The notes under the pieces: model-generated
What the model was told of the DNA's origin: nothing
The model's input: the letters and a program-made list of their open reading frames with translations, nothing else
The model's database searches: none
Part shown: one piece after another, positions 1 through 8,530 of the stretch
How positions within the stretch are numbered: position 1 is the first letter of the stretch
How the letters are laid out: the number at the start of each line of letters is the position of its first letter
Translations under genes and position numbers: made by a program
IMG/VR virus record: IMGVR_UViG_3300047440_000490
Span: 730 to 64,729 of that record
Source: a virus
Lineage: Duplodnaviria > Caudoviricetes
Length of the DNA stretch: 64,000 nt
Direction: 5' to 3' (one strand)

Positions 1-93
1 CCGGCGCGTATGGATCATGTTCCGAACCCGCTGGTTTCCACGCGGTGGTGTCCGTCGATTTGCTCGTTTTCCCATTCAGTTCCCTTTCAATTT

Positions 94-801
94 TTACAAT
101 TCGATCACTTCGCAAATATCATCGAACCGCCGAACGATTGACGGATGGACTTGGCCGGAGGCTGCCAGTTCTCGAAGGCTCAGATTGCTAGTCACAGTGA
201 GTCCCAGATTTCGCCGGTAGATTGTGTCAATCAAATCAAAAAGAACTTCGAATTTGAAATCTGTCGCCTTGAATTTATCCACATCGTCAATCAGCAAGTG
301 AAATCGGTCCGCATAGCGGCAACGATCGCGCACCTGACAGAAATACTCGCGGTCCATTTCAGCGTGACGAAGTTCGGTCACAAGTTCCGCCATCGACATA
401 CCCAAGCAGGGATACTCAATCCGCACCAGGTGAGCGTACTGGGCCACTGCAAGGTGTGTTTTGCCTCGGGCATAGTCGCCGAAGATATAGAAGCTGCCAG
501 TGAACTTTCCGGAGACTTTCTCGAGGGCTTTCTGCTGTAGAGCGTCTGTGGGAATGTAACTGGCAAATGAGGCTTGGCGAAACCGTGCGGGAATTGCTGC
601 GAGTTTCTGTGTGATAACCCTCTGTTTCTGGCATTCACAGCGGCACACTCCCCCGATCATTCGCACATAACCGGTATCCGCACAGACCGGGCAGTTTGGC
701 TTAGCGTTCTCGTGGGATATACGGTTTGGTGAATTCTCCACCGCCGAAGAGATTTGCTCCCGAAGCTTGTCCAGTTCTTTCTCGTTTCCCGTTGGTTCCA
801 T
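94..801 (-). CDS. DnaC/IstB-like helicase loader ATPase
   Basis: N-terminal CPVC..CRCEC Zn motif, Walker A variant GDYARGKT, Walker B LLIDD, and TSN motif. Lies directly downstream of the initiator gene. Confidence 0.85.
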   Translation of the reverse strand: MEPTGNEKELDKLREQISSAVENSPNRISHENAKPNCPVCADTGYVRMIGGVCRCECQKQRVITQKLAAIPARFRQASFASYIPTDALQQKALEKVSGKFTGSFYIFGDYARGKTHLAVAQYAHLVRIEYPCLGMSMAELVTELRHAEMDREYFCQVRDRCRYADRFHLLIDDVDKFKATDFKFEVLFDLIDTIYRRNLGLTVTSNLSLRELAASGQVHPSIVRRFDDICEVIEL

Positions 802-1474
802 TTCCGTTTCCTCCGTTCCGCTTTTCGAATTTCACTGAGTTCCGCATCCATGTCCGCCAGGTGGCAATCCAGTCGACCCACAGATTGCCATGCCGGCGGT
901 GGTGGTCGAGCATGGCTTCCGTTTCGGTTTCCAGGTTCACTGTGACCCCGTTTGTCGCTGCCCATTTCCGCATGTCTTCCGTGATCGCGATCGACTCCGG
1001 CGCCTCGGTCTTCTGCCTTATATTCTTTCCCCTTTGGGTTAATTTGGGTTCTCCTTTGGGTTCCGGGGGGCGCTGTGCCCCTACCTCGGTGTCGTCAATG
1101 CCCCTACCTAGTGGACTCTCTGCCCCTGGGGGCGCTGTGCCCCTAGGGGCACCTTGCCCTTGGTCGTAGGGGCTTTGTGCCCCTACTATACCCGGCTCCG
1201 TATTCTTTACTGTGTGGGGGCGGTGTGCCCCTACCATTAGCGTGTAAAGGGTTGTATCGGTTCCGCGTTGTCGGCGGGTTATCAGTTGAAGTTCCTCAAG
1301 GATCGTCAATGATCGCATGACGGTCCGTCGGTCAAGGCCTGTATCGTGTGTGATTGAACTTAGAGACGGAAAGCACTGATGGGATTTGTTCGCGCGGTTG
1401 GCAAGGATGAAAAGAACGTACTTACAGGTGTGCGGCGCCTTTTGCTTTAATGCCCAATCGATGTCCTTGTTCAA
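701..1474 (-). CDS. Phage replication initiator (lambda O-like, N-terminal HTH)
   Basis: N-terminal KYVLFILANRAN...CFPSLSSI...HTH and C-terminal DW.ATWRTW motif. TTG start with AGGTG SD. Internal iterons. Confidence 0.85.
   Translation of the reverse strand: MNKDIDWALKQKAPHTCKYVLFILANRANKSHQCFPSLSSITHDTGLDRRTVMRSLTILEELQLITRRQRGTDTTLYTLMVGAHRPHTVKNTEPGIVGAQSPYDQGQGAPRGTAPPGAESPLGRGIDDTEVGAQRPPEPKGEPKLTQRGKNIRQKTEAPESIAITEDMRKWAATNGVTVNLETETEAMLDHHRRHGNLWVDWIATWRTWMRNSVKFEKRNGGNGNGTNGKRERTGQASGANLFGGGEFTKPYIPRER
1021..1233. repeat. Iterons / probable replication origin inside the initiator gene
   Basis: TGTGCCCCTA at 1074, 1136, 1176 and 1224, plus variant TCTGCCCCTG at 1119. T-rich tract at 1021-1050. 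Same arrangement as the lambda ori within O. Confidence 0.7.
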
Positions 1475-1614
1475 CGGTCATCACCTGTACATCACCGAAA
1501 GTTGAGAAGCTGGCGGACTCAATGTCCGGTGATGGGAGACTTCACTCCAGGGGATCAATCCCGAAGCAGTCCGCCAGCGAGGGGATTCTCTGCCCCCTCG
1601 CCGGGGACTGTCAA
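1475..1614 (-). promoter_or_regulatory. Sigma70-like promoter and structured 5' leader of the initiator gene
   Basis: TTGACA-N18-GAGAAT. 11-bp stem 1509-1519/1568-1578. Internal CATCACCG is complementary to the SD region. Confidence 0.55.
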
Positions 1615-1621
1615 CAGGATT

Positions 1622-2131
1622 CTACGGAGCGTCGTTGACTTCGAGGGTTAAATTGAGATCGATCCGGAGGGTATTGGAGATAATCGGCCAGTTGGCGCCA
1701 CTGGCACGCCGGATCAGCAAACTGTTGGATCCTTGGGAGGCAATGACATAACAGGTTTCCCATACGCCGGCGTTTCCGTTGTCGGTTGCCATCAGGGCGG
1801 CCGATGTGACGGTCCGGCCAGCGGTACGTCCCTCCGGAATCTTAACGGTGATAAATGCGCTGGCCGGCGCGCCGGAAGTCGACGAGTTGAGGATATCCAC
1901 CATGAGATGCAGCTGCTTGTTGTCGTCGACGTTGTAACGGTAAGTATTCTGGGTACCGACGGCAAATGTCATTCCGGCGGTTGCGCCGAAATTAGTCGAA
2001 TCGTAGGGAACCGTGGTGTAGGCACCGGTACCCAGGGTTGCGTGGACCGGGCGGTCGGCAAACTGAAACAAACCGACAGTTAGAGCAACGAGCATCAGCA
2101 AGACAAGAGCGCGTGGAAAGTGAAGCATCAT
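1622..2131 (-). CDS. Signal-peptide protein with receptor-binding-head-like beta domain
   Basis: Hydrophobic N-terminus ending VHA. Mature region resembles 31197..31601 by eye. Confidence 0.55.
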   Translation of the reverse strand: MMLHFPRALVLLMLVALTVGLFQFADRPVHATLGTGAYTTVPYDSTNFGATAGMTFAVGTQNTYRYNVDDNKQLHLMVDILNSSTSGAPASAFITVKIPEGRTAGRTVTSAALMATDNGNAGVWETCYVIASQGSNSLLIRRASGANWPIISNTLRIDLNLTLEVNDAP

Positions 2132-2155
2132 GTAATCTCCTTTGAATTGAACCTT

Positions 2156-2521
2156 TTAATTGACTGAACCACTACTCGGGCTCGCTAGTATTGCCCGAAT
2201 CTTTTCGATATCTGGAAGTAAATCCTTCGCCAGCGCGAACGCCAGCCACGCCTTGGAGACCACTTCCCCTGGCGAGTCGCCCGGATGACAGCCGCGGAAC
2301 TGACCGTCGGCCATACACGCACACAGCTTCCAGGCGCACGGCTCGGAATTCTCCTGGGGCTGATAGAGTCGCGATCCCTTGGGCAGTTCCCGGAACAGGA
2401 TCGGCCAACTTTCGTCGCTATACCAGTCGCGCGTACAGCACACGCACACACAATCATGCTTATGGTGTTCGGTGCCGCGCATCTGTGAAATCTGGCGGCT
2501 GATTCGTTCCTGAAGTGTCAT
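2156..2521 (-). CDS. Hypothetical protein (NinX/ABA-sandwich-like)
   Basis: DWYSDESWPILFREL...EVVSKAWL pattern. Overlaps the stop of the upstream HTH gene. Confidence 0.45.
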   Translation of the reverse strand: MTLQERISRQISQMRGTEHHKHDCVCVCCTRDWYSDESWPILFRELPKGSRLYQPQENSEPCAWKLCACMADGQFRGCHPGDSPGEVVSKAWLAFALAKDLLPDIEKIRAILASPSSGSVN

Positions 2522-2721
2522 CGGTCTATCCTCTTGTAAGAAATTCGAAGGATCTTTTCGAGTTCCTCGACGTTCGATAATGTCGGATCGGTTTCCCCAC
2601 CGAGCATCCGGTAAAGCGTTGAAAAGGATATCTTGCAGGTATAGGCCAGATCGGTTACCGATATCCTCTGCCGATCAATTTCAGACTTAATCGCTTTGAT
2701 TCTCGGCGAAAGCGTTTTCAT
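2518..2721 (-). CDS. Cro-like XRE HTH regulator
   Basis: SVTDLAYTCKISFSTLYRMLGGETDPTLSNVEEL. Probably leaderless (TATGAT-N8-ATG). Confidence 0.85.
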   Translation of the reverse strand: MKTLSPRIKAIKSEIDRQRISVTDLAYTCKISFSTLYRMLGGETDPTLSNVEELEKILRISYKRIDR

Positions 2722-2809
2722 GGTGCGGCATCATACACAAATTGCGCATTTGCATCTATGCAAACTTTATTCTTGACGCTTTTTCAGGTTCCGAGTACTG
2801 TTCCGGTCC
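2722..2809. promoter_or_regulatory. Divergent promoters with operator-like palindrome
   Basis: Plus strand: TTGACG(2773)-N17-TACTGT-N8-ATG(2810). Minus strand: TATGAT-N8-ATG. Palindrome TTTGCAT-CT-ATGCAAA at 2749-2764. Confidence 0.7.
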
Positions 2810-2992
2810 ATGCCGACCGAAAAAGCGCCGCTGAATATTCTGCTGACTGTCGACGATGACGTCCGGATGGACCACAAGCTACCGCTGGATCCGTTTCCGC
2901 ATTCAATTCCCCATCAGGACGAAAGCGGGATGCGGGAGCTCTGGGCGGCCGAGGCTTATGACCGAACGTTTGCCGGCATGTGGAGGTACTGA
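2810..2992 (+). CDS. Hypothetical protein (leaderless first gene)
   Basis: ATG lies 8 nt after a -10 element. Confidence 0.5.
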   Translation: MPTEKAPLNILLTVDDDVRMDHKLPLDPFPHSIPHQDESGMRELWAAEAYDRTFAGMWRY

Positions 2993-3088
2993 GATGACCG
3001 AATCAATTTTCGTTGTAGGGCTGATGGTGTTCGCCGGAGCGGTCCTGGTGCTGGTGCTCTCCTATATCGAAGCAACGAAAGGAAAGCC

Positions 3089-3385
3089 ATGAGCGAATAC
3101 GACAAGCCGATAGGACCGCCGGAAAAGCGTTACCTGGGCGACAGTGTCTACATCGAGTTTGATGGTTACTGCGTGATCATCACCACCAACAACGGCTATC
3201 CCGACGATCCGCGAAACAGGATCGCAATGGAACCTGAAGTCCTGCGCAAATTCAAACTGTGGACGAAGGAGCTGGGCGAATTCATCCGGGAATACATGAG
3301 ACGGCAGGACCGCGAACCAGGAGTTGTCGATGTAACGCCAATGCCACCGAGCAAAGAGGAGAACGATGTCACGAACGAAGGCTGA
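3089..3385 (+). CDS. Hypothetical phage protein
   Basis: YLGDSVY...NRIAMEPEV pattern typical of small phage proteins. SD present. Confidence 0.65.
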   Translation: MSEYDKPIGPPEKRYLGDSVYIEFDGYCVIITTNNGYPDDPRNRIAMEPEVLRKFKLWTKELGEFIREYMRRQDREPGVVDVTPMPPSKEENDVTNEG

Positions 3386-3529
3386 CCCGATTCAAAAACT
3401 GAAAGATACCATCATTCAACTGCCGGCAGAGGCAATGGAGAAACTGTATCTCTGGCTGCAAGCGGTTCGAGATGTCAACATTGAGAACGCGCGGCGCGAA
3501 GCTGCCAAAAAGAAAGAAGGTTCCACCAC

Positions 3530-4393
3530 ATGAGTCAAGAAGATCCAAACGCCAAACGCGTTGAAGCCGAGGTCGTTCCGCCGGATACATCGATTGCCGC
3601 CACACAGGCGGCCACGGTCGAACAGCTCGCACAAACCGAGGAAGGCCTTGTCGTACTCGAGCGCGGCATTGAAATCATGAAAGTGCTGCGTGCGGCATCG
3701 ATCGCCCTGACTTATCCGCACGACTGGGTTCTGTTCAAGGCCGATGACCGGATTACCGGCTACTGCCAGGATGCCGGCTGCCAACGGTTCTCCGATATCT
3801 GGGGAATCGAAATTTACAATCTGGGGGAATGGCTTCGCGCAGAAGATCCGGACGACAAGACATTCTCCTGGACGATCACCGGCGACGGTATGTCGAAGCG
3901 TACCGGCCAGATTGTGACCGGAATCAGCGGGACGCGCTATTCCTACGAGGACTTCATCACCAAACGTCGACTTCCGCGGCTGCAGGTAGAAACCGAAGTG
4001 AAGAAAGCCGCACGTGCCAACTTGCATGGAAGCATTGTGCGTGAGCTCGCGGGTATGAAGTCCGTTCCAATGGAAGAACTTGACAACATCTGGAAAGTTG
4101 CCGGAATGGGCGAATACAAGACGACAAAGCTCTCTCCAAAAGGGCGAGGGTTTGGTACCGCTGACGAACGCGCTGGCGGATCCAGCGACAAGAACGGGGG
4201 CGTGGACGTTCAGGATATTCCATTCTGCTCGTTCTGTGAACCACCGGAGCGGCTGGTGTTCCGTCCAGAAAAGAAGTTCTGGGGCTGCCGGAACTACAAG
4301 AAGCACGAAAGCGACAAAATGATTATCCAGCATGACGTTTTGCTGAAGCAGATTGCCGATCGAAAAGCGAAGGCCGACGATGCCAAAGGATAG
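3530..4393 (+). CDS. Putative single-strand annealing/recombination protein with C-terminal Zn ribbon
   Basis: Sits before a Cas4-like exonuclease. KKAA.AN motif and C-terminal CSFC...FWGCRNY. Function inferred from context. Confidence 0.5.
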   Translation: MSQEDPNAKRVEAEVVPPDTSIAATQAATVEQLAQTEEGLVVLERGIEIMKVLRAASIALTYPHDWVLFKADDRITGYCQDAGCQRFSDIWGIEIYNLGEWLRAEDPDDKTFSWTITGDGMSKRTGQIVTGISGTRYSYEDFITKRRLPRLQVETEVKKAARANLHGSIVRELAGMKSVPMEELDNIWKVAGMGEYKTTKLSPKGRGFGTADERAGGSSDKNGGVDVQDIPFCSFCEPPERLVFRPEKKFWGCRNYKKHESDKMIIQHDVLLKQIADRKAKADDAKG

Positions 4394-4655
4394 TTCGAAG
4401 CGCGCATTTCCTGTCAGTTGGCTGGAAAGTGGGATGACCGTGGCAAACGAAGGAATGACCCTCCGGCAATGGTTCGCGGGTACGGCGCCCGATATCGCTG
4501 GGTTGATCGACACCCTTACTGTAGGCCAATGTGCGGAAATTCTGGGAATTGAGCCATCCACTTATCATTGGCGGACTCACTTCATGGAGTTAGTCGCAAG
4601 ACTCCGTTTCGAATATGCCGACGCAATGATCGCCGAAAGTGAGAAGAACGTATGA
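4380..4655 (+). CDS. Conserved phage protein (AFP..GMTLRQWFAG..YADAMI family)
   Basis: Characteristic motifs. Start moved to the ATG at 4380. Confidence 0.75.
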   Translation: MPKDSSKRAFPVSWLESGMTVANEGMTLRQWFAGTAPDIAGLIDTLTVGQCAEILGIEPSTYHWRTHFMELVARLRFEYADAMIAESEKNV

Positions 4656-5863
4656 GCACGGAAGAGAAGATCGTCAAGCCCGAAGAGATGACCGCGGTTC
4701 AGATGGGACAGGCCATTGAAACGGCGTGGGCCCAGTTCATGAATCAGGACTCGCGGCCAATGTCCAAGCGTAACAACGTCTACGCATCGGCCTACCGGGA
4801 GTGCACACGCCAGATGGTTCTCGATATGACCCACGGCGACACGCTGCCCGGCTTCGATGCCGATACCCTTGCGCGCTTTCGTCGTGGAAATGATCGGGAA
4901 CGTGACCTAATGGCCGACTTGAAGAAAGTCGGCCGTAATTCCGAACCGTCGTTCGAAGTGGCTGGCGAACAGGAACGGTTCGAGATACGGGACAAGAAAG
5001 GGCGCGTGTGCATCACCGGCAAGATCGACGGCCGTCTGGTGTTCCGCGATTACAAGAACCTGAAGTTCCTGCACGGACAGCGGAGTACTCCGATCGAGGC
5101 CAAGGCCTGGAGTGCACAGTTGGTTGCGCACATCGACGTATTCGAGGATCTGTTCAAGAGCCGCTGGACTCGAGCCGGTGCCTACCAATTGCTGTCCTAC
5201 ATCTTCGCAGAGAACGTACCCTTGGGATTCTTCCTGCTCGATCGTAGCGGACTGCCGGCGTTGATACCGGTGGAGCTCTATCCGAATCTGGACAGGGTTG
5301 AAAAGTTCCTCGTGAAGTCCGAACAGGCAATGGATCACAAGGAAGCCGGCACGCTTCCCGACTACACGGCCGAAAAGGAAGAGTGCAAGTTCTGTCCGCA
5401 TTTCGGACGGAATTGCAATCCACCGATGGACTTCGGCGCCGGCGCCCAGGTGTTCACGGATCCGGAGGTAATCACCAAGGCTGAGCGCTTCAATGAGCTC
5501 GAGCGGAAGATGACCGACGAGGAATGGAGCGAATTCAATCGGCTCGACAAGTGGAAGAGCCAACAGTTCCGCGGGGTGGAAACCGGTGTCGCTGGTGGTT
5601 TGCTGATCACTGGCAAATGGAAAAAGGGAAAGGAAGTCACAATCCCGGAAGCCGACCAGGCCGACGTCAACCTGAAGACAATCGAGTTCCAACAGTTCAT
5701 GGAGAAGTACACAACGGAGAATCCGAAGAAACAGTTTTCCGTGAATCTGATCCGTGTGAGCGACGTTCCTCCGCCGGCGGCTCCGAAGGAAGAGAAGGCG
5801 GCCGCGGCGCCGAAGGAACCCAAGAAGCGAAAGAAAAAGGGCGACGATCAACTGTCGCTTTGA
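4652..5863 (+). CDS. Cas4-like PD-(D/E)XK exonuclease
   Basis: YAS...C.RQ, GKIDG, IEAK, YQLLSY and CKFCPHF..C (Fe-S cluster cysteines). Confidence 0.8.
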   Translation: MSTEEKIVKPEEMTAVQMGQAIETAWAQFMNQDSRPMSKRNNVYASAYRECTRQMVLDMTHGDTLPGFDADTLARFRRGNDRERDLMADLKKVGRNSEPSFEVAGEQERFEIRDKKGRVCITGKIDGRLVFRDYKNLKFLHGQRSTPIEAKAWSAQLVAHIDVFEDLFKSRWTRAGAYQLLSYIFAENVPLGFFLLDRSGLPALIPVELYPNLDRVEKFLVKSEQAMDHKEAGTLPDYTAEKEECKFCPHFGRNCNPPMDFGAGAQVFTDPEVITKAERFNELERKMTDEEWSEFNRLDKWKSQQFRGVETGVAGGLLITGKWKKGKEVTIPEADQADVNLKTIEFQQFMEKYTTENPKKQFSVNLIRVSDVPPPAAPKEEKAAAAPKEPKKRKKKGDDQLSL

Positions 5864-5864
5864 T

Positions 5865-6021
5865 ATCCCCCACTGCCAAGGAGGGGATCGCCGCGGGATG
5901 TCTGCGGCGTAAACAGGGGAGGCCGGTGGCCTTGGCAGGAGACCGGCCGAACCTTCTTGTCAGTCACTACTGGGCGGCTGATGTGCGAAAGGGCGCGCGA
6001 TGACAGCCGCCCAGATTTTTG
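5865..6021 (+). ncRNA. Candidate structured RNA with kissing loops and a terminator-like hairpin
   Basis: Four hairpins. Loops CTGCCAAGG (5873-5881) and CCTTGGCAG (5930-5938) are exact complements. 11-bp stem 5970-5980/6004-6014 is followed by ATTTTT. Confidence 0.55.
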
Positions 6022-6221
6022 AGGATCTATGGTAGCGATCATTCTGGCGTGCGACGAAGCGACGAAGTCCGAGGCTTTCAAGGCCGGATTCAAGGAACAG
6101 ACCGTTCTTGTTAAGCATGAACCCTGTGCGTCGACGCCGGAAAACAAATCGCGAGTCACCATTGAGACCAAAAAACTGCGGCCGTTCCAGTTCCTTGTTT
6201 CTGACTTCTGGGGCATCACCA

Positions 6222-6449
6222 ATGACTGACGAAGAACGTTCGATCGAGGGTTACCGGCTGTTCCAGAAGATTCAAGAGAAACTGGAGGTCGGCGCCACAT
6301 TCAAGAATCCGAAGTCTGCGGATTTCTTCTCCAGCCAGATCCCGCGGTTCAATCGGCGATTCGAAAAGACCTATGTTTCCCGCGCCCAGTTGAAATGGCT
6401 CGCGGATATAAACAAAGGCCAACTCACCAAAGGAAGGAAGTCGAAATGA
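6222..6449 (+). CDS. Hypothetical protein
   Basis: S.AQLKWL.DI motif. Translationally coupled to the next gene. Confidence 0.6.
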   Translation: MTDEERSIEGYRLFQKIQEKLEVGATFKNPKSADFFSSQIPRFNRRFEKTYVSRAQLKWLADINKGQLTKGRKSK

Positions 6450-7042
6450 ACATCTGTTTCGTGGATACAGAGACCACCGGTACCGACAAGGAAAGATCCG
6501 GATTGATCCAGCTGGCCGGCGCAATCGCCATAGAAGGCAAGATCGTCGAGCGGTTCAACCTCACCGCGGCGCCGTTTGACGATGACCTGATCGCCGAGGA
6601 AGCCCTGCAGGTCAATGGATTGACGAAGGGAATTATTCGCGGATATCAGGAGCCGCGTCGTGCCTACCTGATATTCATCAAAATGCTGGGACAGTACGTC
6701 GACAAATACAATCCGAGGGACAAGTTCCAGCTTTGCGGATTCAACGGGGACTTCGACGCCGACATGATTCGTAGTTGGTTCAAGAAGAACGGCGACGACT
6801 ATTTCGGTTCCTGGTTCTGGTGGCCGGTGATCGACGTCGCCAAGCTGGCCGGGATCCGCTACATGGATACGCGCGGTCAGCTTCCAAACTTCCGGTTGAC
6901 CACGGTCGCTAAGTTTGCCGGCCTGGAGGTCGACCAGGCAAAGGCCCACGACGCGATGTACGACATTGACCTGACGATGCGCCTCTTCGAGATGTTCACG
7001 CGCGATCTGACGAATCTCGATTTCAAATTGGAGTTCGCATGA
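6446..7042 (+). CDS. DEDDh 3'-5' exonuclease (DnaQ-like)
   Basis: FVDTETTG, GFN..FD and AHDAMYD motifs. Confidence 0.9.
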   Translation: MNICFVDTETTGTDKERSGLIQLAGAIAIEGKIVERFNLTAAPFDDDLIAEEALQVNGLTKGIIRGYQEPRRAYLIFIKMLGQYVDKYNPRDKFQLCGFNGDFDADMIRSWFKKNGDDYFGSWFWWPVIDVAKLAGIRYMDTRGQLPNFRLTTVAKFAGLEVDQAKAHDAMYDIDLTMRLFEMFTRDLTNLDFKLEFA

Positions 7043-7213
7043 AGTTACCCGAACAGACCGCCGGCGACTATCAGGACACCGGCTTCTGTATGTACTGCCT
7101 GATGACACTCGAGGCCAAACAACCTGGCGGACGCGATGCGCGGCACAAGAGCACGCAGACGCCGTACAACCAATGTCCGCAAGCCCTGAAAGCATTGAAG
7201 GAGAAAAGGTGAA

Positions 7214-7693
7214 ATGGCGCGAAGTCCTGCAACAGGCAAAGCGACGAAGCAAAACGTTCCGCGGCGCAGTATGGCTGCCGAGCGTCAATCCCCGATCGTG
7301 GCTGACGAGGAACTTCGCGATGCCACCTGCACCGAATGTGGTTGTACGGAAATGGGTTGTTGCGAAGGTGGCTGCTTCTGGGTGGAAGTCGATCGGGAGA
7401 AGGGAACCGGGATCTGTTCCCGATGTAAGCAAATGAGCGGGGAGGAGACACGGCCGTCGCGGCCGATCAACAAGCTCTGGGCCGTCTACCGGCAGATGAT
7501 TCCTCGAGATGCGACGTTGACGCAGATCAAGGAAACCCGTCGGGCCTTCTATTCCGGAGCCGCGGCCATGTTTCAGTTTATGGTCACAATCTCCGAACAG
7601 GACGAAGGCAAGGCAACTGTAGCAATGACGGCGATCGACGACGAAGTGCGCGCGTTCTTCGCCGGCGTTGGCAATGCGGACGATCAAAACTGA
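7214..7693 (+). CDS. Hypothetical protein with Cys-rich Zn finger
   Basis: CTECGCTE..C..GC.WV...CSRC and Q.KETRRAFY.GA motifs. Confidence 0.7.
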   Translation: MARSPATGKATKQNVPRRSMAAERQSPIVADEELRDATCTECGCTEMGCCEGGCFWVEVDREKGTGICSRCKQMSGEETRPSRPINKLWAVYRQMIPRDATLTQIKETRRAFYSGAAAMFQFMVTISEQDEGKATVAMTAIDDEVRAFFAGVGNADDQN

Positions 7694-7968
7694 TGACATG
7701 CTCGCGCATTGTATTGCCCGACGGGAGAATCGGAATCATTTGCGGCCGACGATGGCCGAAAAAGCACCGGTGTTTCTATTGCCCGGCGGTTGCGGAGTAC
7801 CAGTGCGATCACCCGGTATTCCGGAACAACAAGCGCGGCACCTGCGATACCTGGATGTGTAAGGACTGCAGGAACGATATCGGCAAGGAATTGGATCTGT
7901 GCCGTCCGCACTTCAATTTCTGGCGCAGCAACGGCAACCGGTTTGTTCTCGGAGGGCTTGCTCGGTGA
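7693..7968 (+). CDS. Hypothetical Cys-rich protein
   Basis: TGATG coupling. CD...TCD..C..C...DLC..H pattern. Confidence 0.7.
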   Translation: MTCSRIVLPDGRIGIICGRRWPKKHRCFYCPAVAEYQCDHPVFRNNKRGTCDTWMCKDCRNDIGKELDLCRPHFNFWRSNGNRFVLGGLAR

Positions 7969-8071
7969 AAGGAACCATGTACACCGGAGCTCGCAACAAA
8001 GGCGGCAACGCGAAGGTTCGGCTCGCTCGGATTGCAGCCAAGTTGAAAGCGCGAAGAAAGAAACGGTCGAA

Positions 8072-8521
8072 ATGAAACGCAAAGACCTGTTCATGGGTTC
8101 GACTGAGATTGAAGCCATCCGGACAATAGGGGACATCCAGTCCTACCTTGTTCGTATGGGCGCGACGCAGATCGCCACGCAGTTCGAAAAAGGGGAACCC
8201 TCCGGGCTGTACTTTACGTTGCTGGTCGGCGGCAATACCATTCCTTTTCAGTTGCCGGCACGGATCGAGCCGATCTTCAAAATTATCAACGGCGACGGCT
8301 ACTCACGGGACAAAGCCAAGGATATGTCGCAAGCGAAACGGGTAGCCTGGCGCCAGATCTACCGATGGATCCAAGCTCAGGTTGCTCTTGTGGAAACCGG
8401 AATGGCCAAGGCCGATGAAGTCATGATGCCGTACATACAAGTGGCGCCAAACGAGACGCTTTATCAACGAGCCGTCAGCAGTGGATATCAGAAACTACTT
8501 CCGGCACCGTCCGAATCGTAA
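8072..8521 (+). CDS. Conserved hypothetical phage protein
   Basis: QA.RVAWR...WI.AQ.A..E motif. Start moved to the ATG at 8072. Confidence 0.7.
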   Translation: MKRKDLFMGSTEIEAIRTIGDIQSYLVRMGATQIATQFEKGEPSGLYFTLLVGGNTIPFQLPARIEPIFKIINGDGYSRDKAKDMSQAKRVAWRQIYRWIQAQVALVETGMAKADEVMMPYIQVAPNETLYQRAVSSGYQKLLPAPSES

Positions 8522-8530
8522 AGGAGAACA

